Shown here in pieces: positions 40,774 to 58,027 of a stretch of DNA of 64,000 nucleotides. The first letter of the stretch is position 1. Every line of letters starts with the position of its first letter. The notes under the pieces were generated by a model, which made no database searches, was not told the origin of the DNA, and was given only the letters and a program-made list of their open reading frames with translations. This DNA comes from the human T2T-CHM13v2.0 reference genome, Homo sapiens. Both the position numbers and the translations under genes were made by a program. The stretch is from NCBI RefSeq assembly GCF_009914755.1, contig NC_060929.1; one strand, given 5' to 3'.

Positions 40774-41338
40774 TGTAAGAATTAAAGAGGAGAGAAACAC
40801 GGAGGGTGGCTCAATAGTCAGCAGGTTTATTTCAAACCTGGGAGGGACTTTTGTCCAAGTTAAGTCAGAAGCCGCACTCCCCTACATGCTAAAAGTTTTT
40901 AAGGATTCAGGGTGGGAGAGTTTATCAGAGGCTTGCACTGCTCCTATGTCTCTTTGTTGTGCTTATCTGGAAGGGAGAATTGTGTGTCTGTTCCCATACA
41001 TCTTGCTTCAGCCGCAGGCATACCTCCCCCCTCCCCCGAGTCTGCTTTAGCTTCCCTATCTTAGTGCATCTGAAGGGAAAGGACAGTGATTATTAAGGCC
41101 CACTGGTTTACCGGGGCCCATTGTATGAGGGTGAAGTTTGGTAGTTACTTGAGAGACTTTCCCCCCTCCCCCCACCTCCCTCTGTGCCCAAGCTGTCTTA
41201 TCTTTTACTGCCTGCTCTTTCTGGCTGCTGCTTGTAGTTAGAAGTGAAGTGATTTCCTTGAAATGCATGGGGCTAGAAAGGGAGCTGGAACTTAAAGTGG
41301 CAGTGTTTGTCTGAGATGACGGTGCTCCTGCTCTGTCA
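40774..41338 (-). mobile_element. Solo ERV1 LTR (LTR19-like)
   Basis: Minus strand begins TGACAGAGCAGGAGCACCGTCATCTC and ends TTACA; AATAAA on minus near 40826-40831; family from recall; no matching TSD. Confidence 0.75.
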
Positions 41339-41779
41339 CCCCTGCCTTTTCATGCCCGGGAACCCTGCCCTGCACCACCTCTGTCCTCTGCACTGCAGCA
41401 ACTCTGCCCCTGACACTCAACACCACACCCTGCACCTCATCCTCAGTGCAGCAGCACCCCTGGCCCTGACACCCAGCCCCAAAACTTGCACCCGTAAGTG
41501 TTGTCCCTGACCTCCCATGGCCCCAAAGCCACATCTTCAGGTGCCCTCCCAGACAGCGGCACAGAACTCCCAGGCTGCAGGCTGGGTCTCAGCCCACTGC
41601 AGCCCCTCCAAGGGAGCCACCCCAGAAACCACAGGCTTTTAGGTTTTTAAAGACCAGGTGGCAAAAACGCAGGAGAGCAAAGCAACCTTGCCAAAGAGAG
41701 CCTCTGCACTCCTCTGCCAGCCAAAGTGGCAGAGCTGGAGGAGGAATGAGGAAGGTAGAGCTCAAAAAGGAAACCAGGA

Positions 41780-42419
41780 ATCGCCACACTGTCTTCCACA
41801 ATGGTTGAACTAATTTACACTCCTACCAACAGTGTAAAAGCGTTCCTATTTCTCCACATCCTCAAGGATCTAGAAATAGAAATGCAATTTGACCCAGCAA
41901 TCCCATTACTGGGTATATACCCAAAGGATTATCAATCATTCTACTATAAAGACACAAGCACACATATGTTTATTGCGGCACTGTTCCACAATAGCAAAGA
42001 CTTGGAACCAACCCAAATGTCCATCAATGATAGACTGGATAAAGAAAACGTGGCACATATACACCATGGAATACTATGCAGCCATAAAAAAGGATGAGTT
42101 CCTGTCCTTTGCAGGGACATGGATGAAGCTGGGAAACATCATTCTCAGCAAACTAACACAGGAACAGAAAACCAAACACCACATGTTCTCACTCATAAGT
42201 GGGAGTTGAACAATGAGAATACATGGACACAGGGAGGGGAACATCACACACTGGGGCCTGTTGGGGGCTGGGGGGAGGGATAGCATTAGGAGAAATACCT
42301 AATGTTGATGACAGGTTGATGGGTGCAACAAACCACCATGGCCCATGTATACCTGTTAACCAACCTGCACATTCTGCACATGTACCCCAGAACTTAAAGC
42401 ATAATAAAATAAAATTTTA
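41780..42419 (+). mobile_element. L1PA 3' fragment with 5' inversion
   Basis: 41780-41863 is antisense L1; 41860-42419 is sense L1PA 3' end and tail; TSD aaaaaggaaaccagga at 41764-41779 and 42420-42435. Confidence 0.93.
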
Positions 42420-42544
42420 AAAAAGGAAACCAGGACTGCACCATCTCCTTCAAAAACAGCAGACCCGTGCCACTCGTGGCTTCCTGGGCTCCCTGCCCCT
42501 TCGCCCACACCTGCCCCGAAAGAGCTGTCCTGTTTGCTTCAGGA

Positions 42545-43400
42545 CACCGGCTTTGGCGCTTGGGACAACCACGCTGGGAACTCCCACTGCGCTAGGTTCT
42601 GGGCACCAGCCCCGCTGCCCGCGGGCGCCTGCTCCTGTCAGAGACCTGCCCGCCGCCCGCCACCAGTGCGCTCCCAGCCGAGGCCAGGTGGCCAGTCACA
42701 CGCAGCCCGCTGCCCAGCGCAAGCAGAAAGGTGCTTCTCAAAGCCTCGGCTCCGCCGCTTGGCACTCTGGGCCACCTTTGCACTGGCCGATGCGGGCGCC
42801 TGCAGCCAGCAAGACTTACTTTTGTGAGCAGCCTCGGCGCACCGGATGTCGTCTTTGCCATCCCCAGTGGGCGCTGGGGCCGCGTCTGGAGAGACAGTGG
42901 CTCTGGCCGGCGGGGTGCGGCGCTAAGCCCGACCGCCCCATGCCTGCCCGGGTGAGGCCGACGTGGGCGTGGCACCTCGGGGCAGGGACTCCAGAGCACT
43001 CAGCGGCTGCGCGCCCTGCTCTGTCACTGTTGGGCTAGGCGGGTGCCGGCTGCTGGCGAGGAGCCGGAAGGGGCAGCGCAAGGCGGCGGGTGGGAGTGGG
43101 CACGGGCCGGGCTTAGCTAGGAGCGGGGCACGGATAGGAGCGGCGCACGCGTAGGAGCGGGGCGCGGGCAGGTACAGAACGCGGGCAGGAGCAGGACGCG
43201 GAGGGGAGCGGGGCGCGGGCTGGCAGAGGTCAGAACAGGACGCGGTAGCAGCGGGGCGCCACTAGGCAGGGATAGGAGCGTGGGGCGGTAGCTGCCAGAC
43301 AGGCGGGTGCTGGAAAGGCCACCAGTATCCTGGGTCAGCGCACCTCTGCAAGCACAGCCGCTCCTTTCAAACAGGTGCGCCCTTTCCACTGCACAGCGGG
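42545..43400. promoter_or_regulatory. CpG island B, candidate promoter/first exon
   Basis: Dense CpG; minus-strand donor AAA|GTAAGT at 42819; promoter activity is inferred. Confidence 0.65.
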
Positions 43401-44195
43401 CAAGGAAACCAGGTGGGGATGCAAGATCTGGTACTGCTGGGGTTGCTGGGGTTGCGACCCAGAAGACTCTGAGAACAACGCCCTCTCCCCAACCCCCCAT
43501 CCCTACCCCAGCTTCAGGCTCCCCCGCAGCGCACCCCCAGCCATTTCTCAGAGGCAGAGGCACAGTGTAGCTCGGCCTCTGCATGGCCAAAGGTGGGAGG
43601 AGGGGAGGAGCTGGTTAGGGAGGGGGAAGGACAGCCTTCGTCAGCATCCAGGGCAGTGCAGAGGGTGGGGGTCCTGGAGGCCTGGCCAAGAAGAAATGTA
43701 ACCAGTTGTGGAAAAACAAGAGTTAGAGAGCAGGGAGGCAAAGGCGTTGGTCAACAGACACCAGGTAGCTGAGGCACTCCGGAGGGCTGAGGGAGGGGTG
43801 AGGGGCAGGCCTCTCACTATCAGGCCCAGAGCTCTAGCTCGTAAGTTTCAGCTCCCTACTGTTCTCTGGGAGGTTTCCCAAGAAAACTCCATTGAGACAA
43901 ATGTAACTTTCTTTAAGGCTGGGATGATCAATTTCTGTTTATTCAAAGCAGCAGCAAACTTTTTCTATGGGAGAATTTGGCCACTTTCAGCCTCATGGGG
44001 GGAGTGTGGAGGGGGTGGCCTTCCCCCTTCTACACAGGGGAAGTGGGATGTGGGACTGGCAGCCTAGGAGAGCCAGCAGCAGAGAGGAACTGGAGCCCCA
44101 AAGAATCCAATTTTCCCCCAAATAAATGATGCCCAGGATCACATTCACCTCTAATAATGGGAAGCCACTGGACCTGTGCTGGGGGATCCTGGGGT

Positions 44196-44914
<719 letters not shown>

Positions 44915-45097
44915 TAACAAGCTTACACTGGAGCTGCAATGTTGGCAATGCAGATTTTGAACACGGATCACAAAAAGCATGCATAAAATCCTACTGGCCC
45001 AGAGAACAAACCACTGCTCAGAATTAGGCTAAATAGCTGCTGCTTTTAAGAAAATAAAAGGCCTGAAATCAATATACAACATTTTTTAAAATGTATT

Positions 45098-45396
<299 letters not shown>

Positions 45397-45546
45397 TTAA
45401 ACACTACCATATACAGAACAATCTTTGTTACTGACTATATTTAAAAATTATTTGCATAGTTATTACATATTGCAAATGAGCATAATACATGAACTTTCTT
45501 TTGGAAGGCAATTCCTTTTTACATACAATAAGAAACATCTAATTTC

Positions 45547-45843
<297 letters not shown>

Positions 45844-45973
45844 CTAATTACATCACATTGCAAATATCTCATTTTTCCTGTCAATAAACAGTTAATAGTA
45901 TTACTGTAAATATCAGGAAGGCTACAAAAATATAAGATTTCTTTTGGTCTTCACAGTGTTTTTTATGCAGTGA

Positions 45974-46351
<378 letters not shown>

Positions 46352-46564
46352 AAGACCAGGCTTTTCAAATCAAAGATAAAAGAATCATGCAACCCTCTTA
46401 CAACTGGGATACCATCCTGTGTCACTTGCCAATACTGTCTTTCCAGAAAACCATTCAAGACACTAAAAAAAGATCAGACTTATATGATAAACACACATAG
46501 AATGAAAAGACACCAACTGCTATTTGACACTACTATTGGTAATGTCTGTCATATGTGAAAGTAC

Positions 46565-46864
<300 letters not shown>

Positions 46865-47298
46865 TGTGAAAGCACTTTTAAAAAGAGAGCACGTCTGCTG
46901 CCTGGTCACATTCTGTACCTGTTCCCAAACCCCGAAGCCAGTGATGTCAGTGGCTGCATGGGCATTGAACGTGTACATTATTCCTGCAGCTTTCCTGTTG
47001 ACCTGGACCATGTTCATCAATGTTTTTCAATACATTAATTCTACATCTTCTTGGATGACCACTAGTTTTATTTCATTTTTCAGAAATATCCAGCCACTGG
47101 TGCACAGCCATTGCCACTTGTGCCCCCAGGGGATCTTGTCAACTCCAGTATGTCCCCCCAGCACTGTGTTATCTGGCATAATAAATGTAGTTGGGCTGTA
47201 GTTGTAGTGACTCCTCCCAAAACAACCCAGGAGTTTAATACTGTTTGGCCACCGGTTACAGACACTGCTCCTCCTTCCGCTGCGGCTTTAAAAGCCTA

Positions 47299-47552
<254 letters not shown>

Positions 47553-47799
47553 TGTTATCTCATCAGGGACAACACCTTTCCCTGCCAGTCATTTTGTTAC
47601 CAATGAAAGAAAACATATTCAAATCAATTTTTAGTTCAGAAAATGTTTTACTGTATCTTTTAACTTTTTTATTGTTCTGCATTTTTTACGTTAAAAACAC
47701 CTACCATATATATTTTTTTCTGTTTTGTTTCCTTTTTTTTTTTTTTTCAAGAAATGTTTTTGTTACTTTCCTTTTTAATTTTTTCACTGACCATTACCA

Positions 47800-48345
47800 T
47801 TATTTATATACCATGTACCTAGAGAGTTTCCAACGTTCCTCTTGTTATTGGCTTTTAATTTTATGCCATTTTGGTCTGAGAAGATACTTGCTATGATTTT
47901 CATTTTTTAAATGCTTTTTTGAGATTTGTTTTGTGGCCTAAAATGTGGTCTATCCTGGAGAACGTTTTGTGAGCTGATGAGAAGAATGCAGTTCTGCAGT
48001 TGGTGGGTGAAATGTTCTGTAATTACCTGTGAGGTCCCTTTGACTTCTCTTGGAGTCAGTCTGGTCTTTGTTACTTTTCTGCCTAGAGGGTGTGTCTGTT
48101 GCTGAAAGTGGGTTTTGGAGTCCCCAGCTATTATTGTCTGTCTCTGTCTGTTGCTCGAATAACTCTTACTTTAATAACTGGGGCTCCTGTGTCAGGTGTG
48201 TTTACATTGACAACTGTCCTACCTTCTTGCTGAATTGATCCCTTTATCATTTTATAATGACCTTTATTTTCTATTTTTGTGCTTTTTTGACTTAAAGCCT
48301 ACTTTGTGTGACAAGCATAGCTGCACATACTCACTTTTGGTAACA
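47800..48345 (-). mobile_element. L1 ORF2 fragment
   Basis: ggtctgagaagatacttgctatgattt...tggtctatcctggagaacgtt antisense L1 text. Confidence 0.75.
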
Positions 48346-48720
48346 CCTTTCATTTCTTATCATCTTCATTGAATCTCACTCTTCACATTTACCAAAATGT
48401 CTACTTTTGAGCCGCGGCAATTCTTTGAATCTTCAGATCCACCACATGCTGATCAAGCCTTCCTTTTTGTCTGTACTCTGAGGAATCCCAAACAGGCATT
48501 TTTGCAAGAAAGTCTAGGAGGGAAACATAAATCTATGTGTCAGAAGAATTAACATAGAAAATAGTGTGTCCCGGTTAACAAAAGTTCTCATTGTAAAGTG
48601 TTATGCACAAGACTATGAAATTTCATGTGCCATAAATAAAATTGTCTTGATTTGTCTAAAACTACGTTTTGTCTAAAACTACTTTTAAAAATTACATGTT
48701 ACTCTAATAAATGTATTTTT

Positions 48721-49048
<328 letters not shown>

Positions 49049-49272
49049 CTATATTCTTTCTTTTTTTCAAGATTATTTTGCCTATATTGGGTTCGTTGTA
49101 TTTCTACTGGGTCCACTTGTCTACAAAAAAGTCTTTTGACAGGGATTGTGTGGAATCTACAGATTAATTTGGGAAACACTGACATATTAACGTTAAGTCT
49201 TTCAATCCATGCATGCAAAATGTCTTTCTTTTTATTTAGGTCTTCTTTAGTTTCTTTGAAAAATGTTTTCTA

Positions 49273-49593
<321 letters not shown>

Positions 49594-49904
49594 TCAGTGC
49601 ACAAGTTTTACACTTCTCTTGTTAAATTTATTCCTAAGCATTTTATTATTTTTGATGCTACTGTAAATGGAATGTGTTAATCTATTCTTGCATTACTATA
49701 AATAAATACCTGAGACTGAGTAATTTATAAAGACAAGAGGTTTAATTGGCTCATGGTTCTGCAGTCTGTACAAGCAGCACAGTAGCTTCTGCTTCTGGGA
49801 AGGCCTCAGGAAGCTTCCAATCATGGCAGAAGGCAAAGGAGAAGTGAGGTATCTCACATGGTGAAAGCAGAAGGAAGAGGGGGTGGGGGTGGGGGTGCCA
49901 TATA

Positions 49905-50537
<633 letters not shown>

Positions 50538-50594
50538 TGAGATCTCCCTCACTATCATGAGAATGGCACCACGGGAATGGTGCTAAACCATTCG

Positions 50595-51214
50595 TGAGAA
50601 ACCGCCTCCATGGTCCAATCACCCCCCACCATGCCCGACCTCAAACAGAGAAACCGCCTCCAGGGTCCAATCACCTCCCACCATGCCCGACCTCAAACAG
50701 AGAAACCGCCTCCATGGTCCAGTCACCTCCCACCATGCCCGACCTCAAACAGAGAAACCGCCTCCATGATCCAATCACCTCCCTCCATGCCCGACCTCAA
50801 ACAGAGAAACCGCCTCCAGGGTCCAATCACCCCCCACCATGCCCGACCTCAAACAGAGAAACCGCCTCCATGGTCCAATCACCTCCCACCATGCCCGACC
50901 TCAAACAGAGAAACCGCCTCCATGGTCCAATCATCCCCCACCATGCCCGACCTCAAACAGAGAAACCGCCTCCAGGGTCCAATCACCCCCCACCATGCCC
51001 AACCTCAAACAGAGAAACCGCCTCCAGGGTCCAATCACCCCCCACCATGCCCAACCTCAGAGAAACCGCCTCCATGGTCCAATCACCTCCCACCATGCCC
51101 GACCTCAAACAGAGAAACCGCCTCCATGATCCAATCACCTCCCACCATGCCCGACCTCAAACAGAGAAACCGCCTCCAGGGTCCAATCACCCCCCACCAT
51201 GCCCGACCTCAAAC
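50595..51214. repeat. 52-bp VNTR, about 12 copies, derived from the MST LTR
   Basis: Unit agagaaaccgcctccagggtccaatcacctcccaccatgcccgacctcaaac; a single diverged copy is in the other LTR at about 53486-53538. Confidence 0.95.
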
Positions 51215-52904
51215 ATTGAGGATTACAATTTGACAGTCCCCAATGTCAGGTCCTTTCCACATTTCATGCCTTCCCAACAGTCCCCTAAAGTCTTAACTCA
51301 TTCCAGCATTAACTCAAAAGTCCAAAGTCCAAAGTCTCATCTGAGACAAGGCTAGTTCCTTCCACCTATAGGTCTGTAAAATCAAAAACAAGTTAGTTAC
51401 TTCCAAGATACAATTGAGGTATAGGAATTAGGTAAATATTCCCATTCCAAAAGGGAGAAATCGACCAAAACAAAGGGGCTACAGGCCCCATGCAAGTCTG
51501 AAACCCAGCAGGGCAGTCATTAAATCCTAAAACTCCAAAATAATCTCCTTTGACTCCATGTCCCACATCCAGGGCAACTGATGGAAGGGGTGGACTCCCA
51601 AGGCCTTGGGCAACTCTGCCCCTGTGGCTTTGCAAGGCTCAGCCCCCGACACCACTCTCAAGGGCTGGTTTTGAGTACCTGCAGCTTTTCCAGGCACAGA
51701 GTGCAAGCTGCTGGTGGATCTACCATTCTGGGGTCTGGAAGATGGTGGATCTCTTCTCACAGCTCCACTAGGAAGTGTTCCAATGGGGACTCTGCATGGG
51801 AAATCCAACTCCACATTTCCCCTCCTCACTGCCCTGGTAGAGGTTCTCCATGCTGCTGCATGGGGCAGAGCCTTCATGGAGGACTTCTACTAGGGCAGTG
51901 AGGCTTCTGCTTAGACATTCAGGCTTTGCTATACATCCTCTGAAATATAGGCAGAGGCTCCAAAGCCTCAACTCTTGCACTCTGTGAACTCACAGGCATA
52001 TTACCACATGGAAGCCACCAAGGCTTATGGCTTGCACCCTCTGAAGCAGTGGCCTAAGCTGTACCTGGGCCTGTTTGAGCCATGGCTAGGCTGGGATGCA
52101 GGGAGCAGTGTCCTGAGGCTGCACAGGACAGCAGGAGCCCTAGGTCTGGCCCAGAAAACCATTCTTCCCTTCTAGGCCTCTGAGTCTGTGATGGGAGGGG
52201 CCGTGGTGAAGGTCTCTGAAATGTCTTCTAGGCTTTTCCCCCATTGTCTTGGCTATTAGCACTTGGCACCTTTTTACATATGCAAATTTCTGCAGCCTGC
52301 TTGAATTCATCCCCTGAAAAGGGCCTTTTCTTTCCAGGCTGCAAAATTTCCAAACTTTTACACTCTGCTTCCCCTTTAAATATAAGTTCCAACTTTAGGT
52401 CATTTCTTTGCTCATGCATATGAGTGTAGGTTGTTAGAAGCAACTAGGTCACATCTTGAATGCTGTGCTGCTTAGAAATTTCTTCCACCAGATAGCCTAA
52501 ATCATCACTCTCAAGTTCAAAGTTCCACAGATCCCTACGGCAGGGGCACAATGCAGCTATGCACCCAGGTTCTTTGCTAAGGTATAACAAAAGTGACCTT
52601 TGCTCCAGTTCCCATCAAGTTCCTCATTTGCATTTGAGACCTCATCAGCCTGGCCTTCACTGTCCACATCACTACTAGCATTTTGGTCTAACCATTCAAC
52701 CAGTCTCTAAGTTCCAAGCTTTCCCTCATCTTCCTGTCGTTTTCTGAGCCCTCCACATTCTTGCAACCTCTGCCTGTTACCCAGTTCCAAAGCTGCTTCC
52801 ACATTTTCAGCTATCTTTATAGTAATGCCCCACTCCTTGGTACCAATTTTCTGTATTAGTCTGTTCTTGTATTGCTATAAAGAAATACCTCAGACTAGGT
52901 AATT

Positions 52905-53237
<333 letters not shown>

Positions 53238-53635
53238 TAAAGAAAAGAGTTTTAATTGACTCATGATTTTACAGGCTGTACAGGAAGCACAGTGGCTTCT
53301 GCTTCTGGGGAGGCCTCGAGAAGCTTCCAATCATGGCAAAAGGTAAAGGCAGAGCAAGGCATCTCACATGGTGGGAGCAGGAGTGACAGAGAGAGGGGAA
53401 GTACTATACACTTTTAAACAAACAGATCTCAAGAGAACTCACTATCACGAGAACACCACCAAGGGGATTGTGCTAAACCATTCATGAGAAAATGCTGCTA
53501 TGATCCACTCACCTCCCATCAGGCTCCACTTCCAACACCAGGGATTATAATTCGACCTGAGATTCAGGTGGGGACATGGATCCAAATCATATCAGAATTG
53601 TTTTCTTAATTTCATTTTTGAGTGTTCATTACTAG

Positions 53636-53981
<346 letters not shown>

Positions 53982-55373
53982 ACAACTGAGTTTTGTATTT
54001 TGGTCCTGTATCCTGAAACCTTGCTGAACTCCTTCATTAGCTGTCATAGTTTTGTAGATGCCTTAGGATTTTCTATATTCAGGATCATGTCATCTGCAAA
54101 CATAGTTTTACTTCCACCTTTCCTATCTGGATGCCTTTTAATACTTTTTCTAGCCTGTCTGGTTAGAAATTCCAATACAATATTAATAGAAATAATGAGA
54201 GTGAACATCTTTGTATTGTTCTTGACTTTAGGGAGAAAACTCTCAATATTTTACCCTAAAGCATGAAATTATCTGTGGATTTTCAGAGATACCCTTTCAT
54301 GGGTTGGGAAGTTTCCCTCCTATTCCTAGTTTATTCATTGTTTTTATTTTGAATTTTATCAAATGCTTTATCTGAAGTTACTGAGATGATTATGTGGGTT
54401 TTGTCCTTTATTCTATTAATAGGGTGTATTATATTGATTTTCATCTGATGAACAAACTGCATGCATTCCTGGGATAAATCCCATATGGTCATGATATATC
54501 ATCCCTTTATATGTTGCTAGATTCAGTTCACTAGGCTTTTGTTAAGGATTTTTATATCTAAATTCATAGGAGATATTGGTTGGTAGTTTTCCTTCTTGTG
54601 TTTTTTTTCTGGCTTTGGTATCTGGGTAATACTAGCCTCATAGAAGGAGTTGGGAAGTATTTCCTCCTCTTCTATGCTTATGGAAGAGTTTATGAACAAT
54701 AAATATTAATTCCTCTTTACATGTTTGGTAGAATTCACCAGTTAAGCCATCTGGCCCTGGGCTTTTTTGTGGGGGAAGGATTTTTTATTACTAATTCAAT
54801 ATCTTTTCTTGTTATACATCTTTCAGATTTTCCACTTCTTCTTGAGTCAATTTCAGTAGTTTGTGTGTTTCTAGAAACTTGTTCATTTCATTTAAGTTAT
54901 CTAATTTGACACAGTTGTCCATAGTATTCCCTTATAATTCTTTTTATTTTGTAAGGTCAGTAGTAACATCTACACTCTCATTCCTAATTTTAGTAATTTT
55001 GGACCTTTTCTCCTCTATGCTTGATTAGCCTAGCTAAAAGCTAAAAGTAAATTTTGTTGATATTTTCAAAGAACCAGCTTCTGGTTTCCTTTATTTTTTT
55101 CCGTTTTCTACCTCTTTCATTTATTTCCACTTTGCACATTAATATTTCCTCCCTTCTGCTTGCTTTGAGTGTAGTTTGATCTTCTTTTCCAGTTTCTTAA
55201 AGTGGAAGGTTAAGTTATTGATTTGAGATCTTTCTTCTTTTCAATATAGGCATTTACAACTATCAATTTAGCTCTAAGTAATGTAGTAGTATTGGATATA
55301 AGGTACTTTTAATGAACTTAAATTGCTATGGTACTTAGATTTCTTTGGATACATTTTAAAATATGGGATAGTA

Positions 55374-55820
55374 AGCCAGGTGCAGAAGCATGTGCCTGTA
55401 GACCCAGCTACTTGGGATGCTGACATAGGAGGATTACTTGAGCCCAGGAGTTCGGAGACCAGCCTAGGGAATATAGTGAGACCCTGCCTCTAAAAAAATT
55501 GTTTAAATTTTAAAAAGTGGCAGCACACAGTGGCTCACACCTGTAATCCCAGCACTTTGGGAAGCTGAGGCAGGAGATCACTTGAGCTCAGGAGTTCAAG
55601 ACCAGCCTGGGCAACAGGGCGAAAGCCCATCTCTACCAAAAATACAAAAATTAGCCAGGCGTGGTGGCACATGCTGTGGTCCCAGCTACTCAGGATGCTG
55701 AGCCAGGAGGATCACTTGAGCCCAGGAGGTCAAGGCTGCAATAAGCCGTGATCACACCACTGCACCCCAGCCTGGGTGACAGAGCAAGACCCCGTCTCAA
55801 AAAAATAAATAGAAAAGAAA
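55374..55820 (+). mobile_element. Alu monomer followed by an AluJ-like dimer
   Basis: About 55374-55500 and 55518-55820. Confidence 0.85.
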
Positions 55821-57641
55821 GTATGGGATAATAGTGACAGTTTATTTTGTAAACATCAATATATGTAATAACTTAGTATTTAACTATTTAAACTTACGAT
55901 AAAAAAAAGCTTTAAATGTCAACAAAGGAGGTATATAGATTTTCAAAACTCTTTTAGAGGGCAATAAGCAAGTCTGAAGCAGGCTCCAGTAAAGGCCATC
56001 ACTGAATCTGGAGAAGTGACCGTGTCCAAGTTTGTCAGTGAAGCCACCCAAAAGGAATGGGTTCAGCTGGACAGGGAAGGCATTGTCTGCCATTATGCAG
56101 AACAAGAATGCAGAGTCAGAAATTAATGAGGTATTAAGAATGAAGAAAATTATACTGTTTGCACACCTGAGTTTGTGACTGAAAAATTCACATCATGATT
56201 ATAAAAGTAATGATGATGATTAGAGCACACAAGAGCCTTTTAAGACAGATGCTATGTTTTGAAAACCTCCTGCTGGATGGGAAAGTACAAATGAGAACCT
56301 TTCCTTGGTTGGCACAATTCCTTCCCTTCCTGGGCATCACCTTACTAACTAGAACCAAAGAGCCATATTTGCAATGCTAATACCCAGCCCTGGGGAGAGC
56401 CCACAGTTGCCCATCTGCCTTACTTACCTCAGGAACACAATTGCTAACTTCCCAAACAAAAAGCTGCTCAAGTGTCAGCCACAGCTACCAGTGACCAAAA
56501 CACAGGAGCTCCCAGAAAAGAAAAGCAACAACCACAGGCTGGTATCAACTTAGATGGGGGACAGTAAGGACTCAGGTCCTAAGAGGGGGGCAGGGGGAAC
56601 TGGCTGCAGAATAGAACACTAAGGAAATCTGTCAGAAAATAGTCAGGAACAAGGTAGGAAAAGTGTCCAGCCCTCATCTTCCCCCAGAGAAACAGATCTT
56701 GTCAAAAGAAGGTACATTCTATAAATTTACAGTGCCAGGCAGAGTCCCCCAATCCTCAGAGAGCTGGAGTAGGGATCTGGAACAAGATCTAAGAACCCCC
56801 AGGTACCAGGGGACCCAGATCCTAGGACTGCTGAAGTACAGAAGAGGGCCAGAGTGGTTGCTGCCCAATGACAACCACTGACTCCTCCAGCATCTCAGGC
56901 TATCCCCCGTAAGAAGCATCCCAGACTGTGCATTTCCAACCCTGCTGAAAAGCAGGACAAGGAGAAAGGGCTGACTCTGCCTCAGCTGCAGATGAGGCTG
57001 TGCAGTCTGCAGACAATTGTGGGTTCATTACTGACAGTAGAAATGGCACTGGAAATTGTCGGGATCAGAGCAAAGGGGCTTCTGAGTGAACTAGGAACAC
57101 CAGCACTGACAGCAAAACCACCCAGCTAAATAAACAGTAGGATATACGTAATTCCAGCAAGGTCACAAAACATAAGATCAATACACAAAAATCGATTATT
57201 TTTCTATATACCAGCAATGAACAATTCAAAAATGAAATTTAAAAAATAATTCCATTCATAATAGTATCAATACAATAAAATGCTTAGGGATAAATTTTAC
57301 AAAAAAATGCACTTCTTTGATACAATAAAACTTTTATACACTAAAACTGGTGCTGAGAGAAATTAAAGAAGATTTAAATAAATGAGGGGACATCCATATT
57401 TACAGATTGGAAAACTCAATCTTGTTAAGATGACAATTCTCCCCAAATTGATCTATAGCTTCAATGCAATCCTTTCAAAATCCCACCTGCCTTTTTCACA
57501 GGAATTAACAAGCTGATCCTAAAATTGATATGAAAATACAAATAACCTAGAATAGCCAAAACAATTTTGAAAAAGAACAAAGTTGGAGGACTTACAGTTC
57601 CTAATTTCAAAACATATTATAAATCTACAAAAATAAGGACA

Positions 57642-57805
57642 GGCTGGGCACGATGGCTCATGCTTATAGTATCAGCTACTTGGGAGGTTAAGGTGGGAGG
57701 ATCACTTGAGCCCAGGACTTCAAGGCTGTAGTGAGCTATGATCACACCACGGTACTCCAGCCTAGGCAACAGAGCAAGACTGTCTAGAAAAAGAAAAAAA
57801 AAAAT
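57642..57805 (+). mobile_element. Alu monomer (FAM/FRAM-like)
   Basis: Single monomer with A-rich tail. Confidence 0.8.
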
Positions 57806-58027
57806 CAGGAGAGTGTACTGGCATAGGGATTGACATATAGATCAATTAAACAGAATTGAGAGCTCAAAAATAAACTCAACATTTATGGCCAACTGATTTT
57901 CAACAAAGCTGCCAGAAAAATTCAAACTGGAAAGAATATTATTTTCAACAAACGGTGTGGGACAATATTCACATGCAAAAAGATAAATTTAGGTACTTCA
58001 CACTAGTCATTAAAAACAGCTCAAAAA

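Noticed and set aside
46892-47296. Functional selenophosphate synthetase, or SEPHS2 origin
   Set aside because: Fragmentary and frameshifted; diagnostic residues favour SEPHS1.
50594-51355. 253-aa and 207-aa ORFs; superficial CRISPR-like periodicity
   Set aside because: Head-to-tail VNTR with no unique spacers, in eukaryotic DNA with no cas genes; the ORFs are artefacts of the repeat.
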